The notes under the pieces are model-generated. The model did not search any database. It was not told where the DNA came from and saw only the letters and a list, made by a program, of their open reading frames with translations. Both the position numbers and the translations under genes were made by a program. 42,268 nucleotides of DNA from Folioceros fuciformis (Eukaryota). Position 1 is the first letter of the stretch; the number at the start of each line of letters is the position of its first letter. Of this stretch, positions 11,145-21,557 are shown one piece after another. The stretch covers positions 1-42,268 of the forward strand of contig JBNGIO010005082.1 in NCBI GenBank assembly GCA_049999805.1, read 5' to 3'.

Positions 11145-13803
11145 CCGGGTCCTGGCCTTCTCCTGCCTCCTTCGATCACGAACCCCATGGCATTCGGAGA
11201 TGAACCTGCACACCCTTCTAATTATTCCTGCAACACACTCTCCCGAGGCACCACCTCCTTGCTTCTGCAACAGCATGATAGGATCGATGCGGTTTATGGC
11301 TTCCCTCTTAAGCAAGAACAAGAGCAAAAGGAGGAGAAATCACCTGAAGCACTATCAAGAACAGAAAGAAGGGGACAATATCACCAGGAGGAGATGAGGA
11401 TAGACACGGCAGCGGCGGGGATGGCCTGCGGGGAGGCAATGCTGGTGGCAGGAGGGAGAGCTCGTCAGACATGCCGGAGGATGGGGAGCAGGGTTTGGTA
11501 GCCGGCGCCGTGGGCTTGTTTTTTTCTCTTCCATTGCCAGACGGCAGGGTTATCAGGTGGAGTTGATGGCGCTACGCCTCGACAGCGATGGTCAGGAGAC
11601 GGCAAAGTCATTGTCCAGGATTTGTGCACCGTCTGTAGCTTAGCTCAGGTCTGGCGGCTAGGATGCGTTGCGATTGTAGGGCAAGGAATGGGAGCCAGGG
11701 TTAGGGCTCAGGAGGAGGAGGGGAGATGCGGTGCACGCCGGTGACTCACAAGGTGTTGGAGGAGACGGTAGAGATTTCCCTCCTCGTCAATCTGCGTGGC
11801 AACCCCGTCACTGCAACGACGGACTGACAAGCAGGAATTGTGGCCTCTATGAGGTTGCAGTGATGTATGGAGCGTCCCGGTAAGCCGTGTGTGGAGTTGT
11901 TGCATGTCCTGTTCCGAGTTGCATATTCTGGTTGCATCTTGTGTTGTGAGTTGCACTCATGATGTTGTGGTATGCTCAGCCCGTGCACACGGATTGCTTC
12001 TGCCTCGAATGCCACTCATGTAACGAGTTCTTTCCACTTTCTACAACCTGAGCAAGGAGAATCGGTCCTTCCTCGTCGTGCATGCGGGTGTAGGCGAGTG
12101 TAGGGCCATGACGCAGGGTGGTTCTTTACACTCCTCCGTTCTGTTTCTACGGGGACGGGGCCACGGTGGATGAGTGGTGTGTGTGGCAAGGGCGTCCAGA
12201 GGCTTGGGGATCGTGTACGGGAATTCCGATTCCTTTCCTATGCAGAACTTGGGCATAGGCTGGAAACTGTAGAAGTAAAGCTGCATCCCTCTGGCATTGC
12301 TTGGAGCCTTGTGCACAAATCTCCATCGCATCTGTCACGTATATGCCAGCATCTCCACAGCCAGCTCCTGAGGTGAGTTTCGGCATCGTGGAGAACCATC
12401 TGCACTCCAGTCTGAACTCATCTCGCTGTCTGATATCTGCATCTGCAACACCAACTCTGTGTTTCCATGCCTAGAATACTTTGTCTCTGTGTTGATCGTG
12501 CTTTTTAATTGCTTTATCGGCGTCCAGTGGCTTTTTAAGTCGGTGTCAATTGCTTTCTGGTTGGGCGGTTGTTTTCTGTAGGCCGGCTCCTGAAATGTTT
12601 ATACATAGTCGTTCAGCAGCCATTGCTGACAGGATGTTCCTGCTTTGCTGTCTAGGAGTGAAGCGAATATCTGATGTACAAGATACCGGTCACGTTCTTG
12701 TGGTAAGGTCGTCTAATCAATGTAAGCGGCGTCGACTAATGTTGAATCGGACTCGGTTGTCCTTTCAGCCTGTGGGCAAAGATGGTGGACGTGCTGGTAC
12801 CAGGTCCTGGGTACTCGACTTTGGTCGCGCGGAGGCTGCAACGCGTATGGTGGGTGGCGTTCGAAGAGAAGGATTGGGCAGGAAGGTTCTGCGGGGCCGG
12901 GCAGGAGGGGGTTGGTATTGCGTCACTGTTTGGAAGGTAATCGTCTCAACGTCGAATGTAATACACGCTGGGCCTGCTACCAAATGGGCCCGTGGTTGAA
13001 AGGCGCCGCTGTGTGATCGTTCCAGACGACGTGTGCTTATTTTCCTCTCCTCTTTCGGCTGGTCTCTATCCCTTGTGAACTTAGCCTTGCAAAGGATCGC
13101 TAGGCAGCATTGCATGCAGTTGTTGCAGAGGGCGAGGGCTGGGACCGTGTCCCGCAGCTGTTGGAGCTCTGACGCAACCGTCTCCCCTGCTGGTTCACGT
13201 CTCTAATTAGGCTGCCGCTACACGCTCCCGTTACAATTCTGCAATTGGGCTGCCGTTGCAGTCTCCCCCTGCAGTTCTCCAAGCGGGCATCCCAAATTTT
13301 ATTTTCGAGGTGGGAGTGACGTGACGTGCTCTGAAGAAGAGCCGCAGGTGTGTAGTAGGAACGTCCTAGTGCGCCCCTGTGTGCTTTTCGGGGAAGCTTG
13401 TTCCTGTTCTTTCCTGGGAAGCTTGTCTTCGTCACCATCGAACTATAGTGGTTTGGGTGGACAAGTCTTGCACAATCGGGTACGGCATCTCCCGGCCTTG
13501 GTTAGCTCACTTTTATAGAATGTCTGCTGGGCTGATGTGGGTGTATGTTGCATGGTAGCTGGCTGGTTTTGTTTTTCCTCGTCAGGAGGTTGACATTAAA
13601 GAGTTGTTAGCTTTTTGTCAATCCCTCTCAATCAAAGGTAGCTAGCTGGCTTTTGTTGGAAGCTAGCTCGTCTTCAGCTCATTTGTGTGTGACCCATCTT
13701 CCTCGCCAGGAAGCAAGCTTCGGCTCTCCCATTTTTGGGGAAGGAAGTGAGGACACAAGTCACCGCAGTCTGGAATCTGATTCAGAACAAGACAGGAAGG
13801 GTC

Positions 13804-14490
13804 ATGGCAGAAGTACATGCATTAAGGGATGTGGACGGAGGAGACGCAGAGAATGGAGCGAACGGAGACACGGGGTCTCACACCATCGTGACAATGAAGC
13901 AGGATCCACGTGACAGCAGGAAGCGCAGCATCTTCCGTCGCTACAGAACGTGTTTAATATCCAGTGTTGTGGTGCTCATACTTATCGTCATTTTGATTGT
14001 CATCCTGGCCTTCACTGTGTTCAAGGCCAAAGATCCCAGTTTCAAAGTAGAGAGTGTGGAGCTGGAGAACTTCTCTTCGAATCCCTTACCACCACCGCGG
14101 ACGAATATGACGCTTAGGATCACAGCGACTGTGCACAACCCCAACATAGCCAGCTTCAAGTACGGCAACAGCACAGCATATATGTACTACCGGGGCATTC
14201 TAGTGGGAGTTGCTCCCATACCAGCAAGCGAGATGAAGGCACATGGTACGAAAGCAGTTAGCCTTGACCTGACTTTAGAGCTGGATACCTTCGTCTCCAG
14301 TCCTGCTATACTCATCTCGGACGTTATTGCCGGGGCCTTTCCCATGTCCTTCGATTCTACCATCTCTGGAAAAGTGAACATCGCCAACATAGTCAAGAAG
14401 CACATTACGGCCTCAGCAGTATGCAACACCACTATTCTCTCAAATTTTACAGAGAGCGCCATCGATTGTCAATACCACACGAAGCTCTGA
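13804..14490 (+). CDS. LEA_2 / NHL-like protein (copy 2), close paralog of 4308-4973
   Basis: Same architecture. The TVHNPNIASFKYGNSTA and NIVKKH segments are identical to copy 1. ATG at 13804. Confidence 0.9.
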   Translation: MAEVHALRDVDGGDAENGANGDTGSHTIVTMKQDPRDSRKRSIFRRYRTCLISSVVVLILIVILIVILAFTVFKAKDPSFKVESVELENFSSNPLPPPRTNMTLRITATVHNPNIASFKYGNSTAYMYYRGILVGVAPIPASEMKAHGTKAVSLDLTLELDTFVSSPAILISDVIAGAFPMSFDSTISGKVNIANIVKKHITASAVCNTTILSNFTESAIDCQYHTKL

Positions 14491-15934
14491 CCCCATGACT
14501 GTCAGGCTCGCCAACTTTTGCTCCTACGTGCTCCTTCCAAGGTACCCCTTTCACTTAGTACCACTGTCTTGCTCACCCTTGTCCCCAACTCAGAAGCAGG
14601 ATATGAGCAAGGACTTCAGAAACTTATCAATCTGGGTGTAACTTCATTGTTTGCTACACTAGAGTTCCCGTACTCCCTTTTCTTCCTACCACATCCTGAC
14701 CACAGGATTTGTCCACATATGGATTGGAGAGTTAGAGGCCATGCATCCCCTTTTTTTGGGGGCAGTGGAGTAAGCCTATCTCGAGATCCAGAAGCACGTG
14801 ATGAGGCTCTGGTTATAGCAAGCATGTGATTTCCGTAGGCAGAGTGTGACATAGGTCTCAGATGCCCTTTCACAATGTAGATACATAAAACGCGAAAAAG
14901 CTGTGTTCGTTTTGTTCCTCCTCCACTCTCTCCTGCGTGAATGAATGTCTGTACAGTACTGCCCGGAATGGGCGAGACGCTTGTTCCGTTGTCTGATTGT
15001 CCATCGTCCAGGAGGGAGGTGGGGCCTGCGTGACCTACAGTCGGTGCTGCCAGGCCACATGGTGGCCTCTGACCACTGCTCAGACCCACGAAAACCTGGA
15101 CCTCGACGCTGCCCCTTTTCTCAGGGCATGCAGGTCACATGGGAAACCAATCACATATGAGACGAGTCGTATGTGTGTGATGCTTTTGCCATTATTTCTC
15201 CACGGCAAATGTCATGCCTTTGGTCCGCTTGTGCACATCAAAAGAGAGTCCTGTGAAAATAGCATAGGGTTTGATGGATGCCATGTGTGTTCTGGAAGTT
15301 ACCTGCAATAAGAGAAAATAAAATAAAATAAAATAAAAAACGAAGCGTTGCAGCCTTGCAGGGAACCCGGCCCGGCCCAGCCAGCCAAGCCGGTGTTGGA
15401 GCCCGAATAATCTGACTTTTTCCCCTTCCAGCCACAAGTCTTTCCAGCTCACTCGGAGCAAAGCCCGTCCCCGCTGCGCGCTGGAAGAGAGCGCCCTCTG
15501 TCGTTCGAACCGCACTGGAGTCTGAGTGCAAAAGCTTGGGAGCAACAAGCGCAGCTCGAAATCGGTGCTGCCGATGGTCATTTGCAGGTTCGGGGCTCCC
15601 AACCCTTGTTGCTGTTGCATGGGGAGTAGTGTGGAAGTGCATTGTCTTCCTTTTTGCGGCTTCCCGATCGGCTTTGCTGCATTTTTGTTCCCGCTTGTGT
15701 TGCTTTAGATGAGGTGTGAAGACGGATCTGAGTGCGGCTGCTGGTGTCTGTGGCGGTGGTGAGAAGGTGCATCGGGAAGGTAGTGTGTAAGCAGCGGTGA
15801 GTTTGGCTTTTGGCAGGAATGTTCTTTCGTTGCTGATCTTTTTGTTGTGATCTTTGGTGAGCGCATGTGCAGGGGAAGAAGGAGTTAGGCAAGGCGGTGT
15901 CTTGTTCCTCCTCAGGATCTGAGGGGAGGCAGAC

Positions 15935-17979
15935 ATGAGGCACGATTCTCCTAAAGCGCGAGGCGGCCAGGATTCCTTGGGGCAGCAGATCATCCGAGTC
16001 ATCAGCAATGTAGGCTTCGCGTTCTTCGTGCTTGCCGTGCTTACGATCACCGTGATCGCGGTCACCTACCAGCCTCCGGATCCTCTGACGCAGCGGGGTG
16101 ATGAGATGTCCAGTATCTTGTCCGTGATCCAGAACTCCAGTTTCCGGCAGGATAATACCGTGATTGTGACGGGGGAAGAGTTCGGGAAGCCCAACTCGGA
16201 AGGGGCCATCACTCGGGACGATGTGGCGGACTTGCAGCATGACGCTTTGCCTGAAGAGGGGAAGAAGTGTTCGGGAGAGCTTGCTGTGGACTGCCTAAAC
16301 CCAGGAGTGAAAGCTGCCATCGAGGCCTGGAATCTGGACCACTTTCCTGCCCTGGACTTCTACAAGTATCGGCAGCCAGTGCATGTCCCGGACGATGCAC
16401 ACGCGTGTGATGTGGCTTGGAAGTACAGGGCCAAGTCGGATGGATCCTCCAGGATGTATAGGGATTACAGGAGGTTCGTGCTGAAGCTGCTGGAAGACTG
16501 TAAGTACGAAGTTGTTTCTTCTGGGACGTGGCACTCGGGCCACGGGGCGAAGCCAGGAAAGTATCACTATCCCGCCTCTCCTCCGCCTCCCCCGCCTGTG
16601 GAGCTGAACAATTCCGAGGACGATCCGGAAGATAGTCCGTTGGGCAATCCGGATGGCTCGGGTGAGAACCATGAAGGGGATGGGGCCGCGCCGGGCAACG
16701 TAGAGGGCGGAGGGGACGAAAACCCCTTGGGCGGAGAGCACCCGAACCCAGATGGTGGCAATACCGCGACTCCTGATGGCGAACAAGTTCATGCTGACTC
16801 GAATGGTGGAGAGAATCCAAACCAGGACCCGAGCGCAACTCCGGCTGTCATCGCTGAGCAAGGAATCGAGGTTGGTGTGGATAATGTGCAGGTCGCCGAC
16901 CTGACCCCGGTGGCGACGGAATCATCTATTAGGGAGCACAAGTACTTGCTCTATGAGAGAGCTGGTGACTATTGCAAGCACATGAACCACTTCACATGGA
17001 GCTTCCTTTGTGCTCTAGGAGAAGCGAAGTACCTGGAAAGGACGTTTGTTATGGACCTTGACTTCTGTCTTTCGTGGTCTAACAACCCTGGTCATGGTGA
17101 CGAACTCAAGGATTTCCGCCTTTACTTTGATCTGGACCACTTGAAGGAGGCATTGCCCATCGTTGAGGTCGGTGATTTCTGGAATCAGTGGAAACAGTGG
17201 AACGAGCAACACCCTGACGATCAGTTGCAGGTTTGTCCATGTCACTCACCTTGTCGTTTGTCTCTTTCGGTATTTGTGCGGTTGTTTTGACTTGTGCATG
17301 TTTGCACTGATTATTGATTGACATGTCCCTGCAGCTGCGTGACGTGCCGGAGTTTCAAACTACACCTATGGATCTCAAAGAGGACGATCATACCCTAGTT
17401 AGACGGCAGTTCCCTCTTCCAGAACCTGATAATTACTGGTACAGAGTCTGCGAGGGACCAGCACAGAGCGTGGTGGAGCGGCCTTGGAGCATATTGTGGA
17501 AGTCGAAGAGGATCTTAAATATTGTTGAAGCTATCTGTGGAAGGATGGAGTGGAAGTTCGATGTTCTTCATGTCATTCGCGGTGACAAGGCCAAGAACCA
17601 CGAACAGTATCCGCACTTGGATGCAGACACCCAACCTGACAGTATCTTGGACAAACTGCAGTACAAGTTACAGATTCAGGCACGGCGGAACATCTACATA
17701 GCCACTAATGAGGTGGAAACCTCCTTTTTCGACAAGTTGCGGGGGCTCTACAACATACACTTTCTTGATGACTTCAAGGATCTATGGGAGCCAAGCAGTG
17801 ATTGGTATGAGTCGACGAAGTTACTGCTAGAGTCACGGGGTCAGACGGACAAGGAACCAGAATTCGATGGCTACATGAGGGTGATGGTCGATTCGGAAGT
17901 CCTTTACCGGGCCGAAAAGAAGATTGAGACATTCAATGACCTGACGGCAGACTGTAAGAACGGTGTGAACACCTGTTAG
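15935..17979 (+). CDS. SUB1-like (At4g08810-family) / O-fucosyltransferase-related type II membrane protein; exons 15935-17230, 17335-17979
   Basis: N-terminal TM followed by TYQPPDP. Family motifs CDVAWKYR, RMYRDYRRF, WSFLCALGEAKYLERTFVMDL, KDFRLYFD, HVIRGDK, IYIATNE, EFDGYMR, ETFNDLTADCKNGVNTC. Phase-0 GT-AG intron. Confidence 0.88.
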
Positions 17980-19511
17980 ATCTTATTGATCCGTAACAAG
18001 GTTCGGCCTCGCGATTGCAGTCTTTTTTGCGTTCAGAGGCTGGAGTTTTCTGCTGCAGCCCCTCTGAAGTGGGCATGGTGGCGGTGTGGCACGTCGAACG
18101 ATCACGTAGGTGCCTGGCAGGGCAACAGGGGCTGTGAAGACTTGGAAGTGTTCTCTCCCCTTTGGCGCGGCTAGCTGAATTTTGAGAACTGGATGCAGTG
18201 TAGACGTAGACACTAACTTCAGGGGGTGCATTATTTGTCTGTGGTAGGAGGTAAACAGGGGTGTGTCAGGATCTGTCCTCTCTCCCCGTGTGGGGTAGCT
18301 ACTAGTTCCTGTCCTCTCAGACATTGCAGAGTCGGGTAGCATGTTTACAGCGTTGGGTTGGTGAGCGTAGGGAGAGTTGAACTTCCTGCTAGCTGTACCC
18401 ACCTGCGTGGTCAGAAATCCGTCTACATATATTTCTTCGTGCGAACATCCCCCACGCTCACTGCAGGAGTTTTTCTGCGTTCACTCCTTTCCGTGTACTG
18501 TTAACAAGCCATGGTGTATTAGCCATTCTATTTAAGCTTCAGATCATGAAGGCTTTGAACTCCGTAGGAGAGGAAGAAGACCCCAGCCAATTGAGTTATG
18601 TCGCGACCTCCTCTGCGTCACCTGGTCTGGCAGGAAAGTGGCCGTTGTGTTGTCGTCTGAAGCTTTGACAGCTTGTAGCGTGTTTTGGCATAACAGTTGT
18701 ACGTACATACATAAAAAACAGAAAAGATTGGCGAGAGACAAATGTGAAATGTCATATAGACTTCATTTGGAGATGTGGAGATCGAGTTGAGCTAAAATGG
18801 CCTCCCCTGTGCTCGTCGAGCAAACACTACAGGCTGCTAGCCAGCAAGCAAACAAAAGAGATACATGTGAAGCGAAGTCGTCTGCAACAGACGTCAGGCC
18901 AACGAACGGCAGCGAGGTAGATGCAGCTAGGGAACCGTTGAGCCGTCACACCTGCTGGTTAGAGTGCTGCAGAAGATTGCGAGAAGTGTGTCATAACCAT
19001 CTGCGGATTGTCCTTGAGGCTGATGGCGATGTCGCATAATGAAGCCCGCGGGAAGGTTGTACCGAGTACGTGGTCACTCTCCACCTGCAAATTGCTTGCT
19101 CCTGGACCGGGCCGGGGCTCTGCACCCCCGCGTTACGGCCTCTGGCGTGGAGCTCTTAGAGAGGGCCTGGCCTGTGTCCCTCTTCAGCCGCGTCGGCCTC
19201 GATATTTTCATGTCACGCACGACCTTCGCTTGCCTCTGGTGCAAATCCGAGAGGACAACACGGACTGCAAAGAAGTTCAGCCTCAGCCACGGCTTCGTCT
19301 TTCGTCAGGGTAATGGTGCTTTCTTCTTGATTGATTCCTGTCGAGGACCCGAGTGTGTGACACCTCTCGTGAAACTTGTGAGCTGGATCCAGGTTCTTGG
19401 AGTGCGTTAGCTTCTGCCATGACAGCAGCCGCTGCTGAATGAACGACTTGTGTGCTCTGGATTGACAGGAAAGAAGGAGAGATCGAAGTACTGCACTACT
19501 AGGTAGGGCAA

Positions 19512-20201
19512 ATGGGAGACTCCGAGGAGAATGAAGCTGCCCGGATGACGCAGGGGCTCAAAACGGAGGACAAAGTGCTGCGTGTGGAGGAGGAGATTGG
19601 AACTACCGTCAGGCCTCCCTTCCGCCGTTCCAGGTGCTTCAAATGTGTGGGGCTGACAGCAGCTGCCATAGTCGCTCTGGTTCTTGTCATTGTCATTCTT
19701 GTGTTCACGCTGTTCAAGCCGAGAGATCCTCGGATCAAGCTGGAAAGCGTGACCCTGACCGGATTGCAGTTCGGGCCCGGCGCGGGAAGCTTGCTGCCGT
19801 CTGTGAACATGAGCCTGGAGGTGACGGTTGCCGTGAAGAATCCCAACCATGCCAGCTTCAAGTATAAAGCCACCACCACTCGCTTCTACTACCGAGAGAC
19901 GGCTGTAGGAGAGGCACCCTTGCCTGGAGCCGAGCTGGATGCCGACAAGACCGACATCCAAGTCACCATGGTTGTCATCCAGGTTGACAGGTTCCTCAGC
20001 AGCGACCCCTCCAACCTTGTGCTCGACGTTCTTCGTGGAGAGCTACCCTTTTCGACCAAGAGTGAGGTGGATGGCTATGTGAACGTGCTCAACGTCTACA
20101 AACACCACGCCCATGGAATAGCTCAGTGCGACATGGTCATCTTCCTTGGAAATCAGACCGTGGGAGCCATGAAGTGTGACTACAATGTAGATCTGCACTA
20201 A
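19512..20201 (+). CDS. LEA_2 / NHL-like protein (copy 3, more divergent)
   Basis: RRSRCFKC, TM helix, FTLFKPRDP, VKNPNHASFKY and C-terminal Cys pair. Confidence 0.9.
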   Translation: MGDSEENEAARMTQGLKTEDKVLRVEEEIGTTVRPPFRRSRCFKCVGLTAAAIVALVLVIVILVFTLFKPRDPRIKLESVTLTGLQFGPGAGSLLPSVNMSLEVTVAVKNPNHASFKYKATTTRFYYRETAVGEAPLPGAELDADKTDIQVTMVVIQVDRFLSSDPSNLVLDVLRGELPFSTKSEVDGYVNVLNVYKHHAHGIAQCDMVIFLGNQTVGAMKCDYNVDLH

Positions 20202-20757
20202 GAAATCAGCCTGTTGGAGGCTTCGGAGCTAGCTACACATGAATGAGCTGGGGCCCTGCAAAATTTCCACGCAGGTGTAGGAAACCAGTGATGATGTGTA
20301 GGATGATGCGGACTTCCGATGGATCTCTCTGCATACTGTTGTATTTTCAATGTTAGATGGTACTCCAGTAGGACAAAGATTGATTGTTTTACTTTTAAAA
20401 AGGAAAGCAAGGAAGCTTGGCAAGCCAGGAGTGAATAATGCGAGGAAGCAAGCAAGGAAGATGGGCAAGCTAGGAATGCATAAGGTGAAGAAGAAAGCAA
20501 GGATGATAGACAACTAACTAACTACACATGGTGTTTAACCCGACATTAAAAGCCGCGACGTGTAACACGTGAGGATCTTCCCCGCTGCGTTTATTCGCGA
20601 GCAGGGAAGGGAGGCTGGGCCCTGGACTAAATATAGCAAAGTGCGTATGAAGACAAGGGAACCAGAGAAGAGCGCCGGGCGCCCGTGATGTGTCGCGCAA
20701 GGTCGAGGCCGCCGGACGGAACGCCGAAGCAACGGTCCGGAAGTCAGGGTAGGTGGC

Positions 20758-20786
20758 GCCGGTCAAAGAACGTCACTTTGACCGGC
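20758..20786. repeat. Perfect 11-bp inverted repeat in a palindrome-rich GC tract upstream of the histidine kinase
   Basis: gccggtcaaag-aacgtca-ctttgaccggc, with further ccggtc/ccggtt and gatcg motifs up to about 20880. Confidence 0.7.
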
Positions 20787-21557
20787 TTTTTAACCGGTCA
20801 AGCCGGTTGATGGTGGGGCGGTCAGGCGGACCGGATCGAATCGCGACGCCCGCGATCGGATCGGATCCCGATCTGGCCGAATAATATTTGCAGGATTTGG
20901 ATTTGACGTCGGCCCAACCACCAGGTCAGGCTAGGCGGGGCGGCATACGGCCGGTTTCACCAGGTATTGCCCTAATATCGCCAGGGTATCGCCGGCAGGA
21001 GCATTTGAAGCATGGGCAGGCGGAGATCGGGCTTGCAGGCTCAGAAAAGGAGGCGTGATTGAGTTGGCCAGATCGCGCGAGTGAGGGAGCGAGCGAGCGA
21101 TCGTGGCGGCACTGCAGCTTGATTTGGAGATCTGGTTGGGCCCCGTGTTGTGTTGGTTTTGCTGTGCGGCCCAGGCCCCTGGCGGCCCGACGACGCACAG
21201 CCAGGCTCCCATCGCCTTTGTGTCTGTGTCTCTCTGCCTGTCTGTGCTTCCCGCACCGCTAGCCATGCCGGGATCGCTGCCTGCTTTCCTCCTCCTCTAT
21301 AGGAGAAGAAGCGGGAGCGGGAGCGGGAGCGGAATGGGCACGGCCACTTCCAGTGGTTGATCCCGCCTTCCCTTCCTCCCCTCCCTGCCGGCCATGCCGG
21401 CTGTTGCCTGGCGCGGCTGCAGGGCGTCCACGCCACGGCTCTCTCCCGCTCCGATTCCATCCCTTCTTGTGACCTAATTCCCGGCTCCGGCCCGGGGGAC
21501 GATCGAGCCGGGGTCGGGGTCGGGAGGGAGGACGTGAATGAATTTCTGCCCTCTGAC

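Noticed and set aside
11700-13450. Several 65-150 aa ORFs and an exon-like segment (about 12246-12372)
   Set aside because: No coherent gene model or recognisable motif.
18797-19410. ORFs upstream of LEA_2 copy 3
   Set aside because: No motifs; probably promoter or leader sequence.
21265-21360. Short ORF MPGSLPAF...SGSGSG as an extra first exon of the kinase
   Set aside because: The available donors are phase 1 but the nearby acceptor (21422) is phase 0, so the join is unsupported. It may be a uORF.
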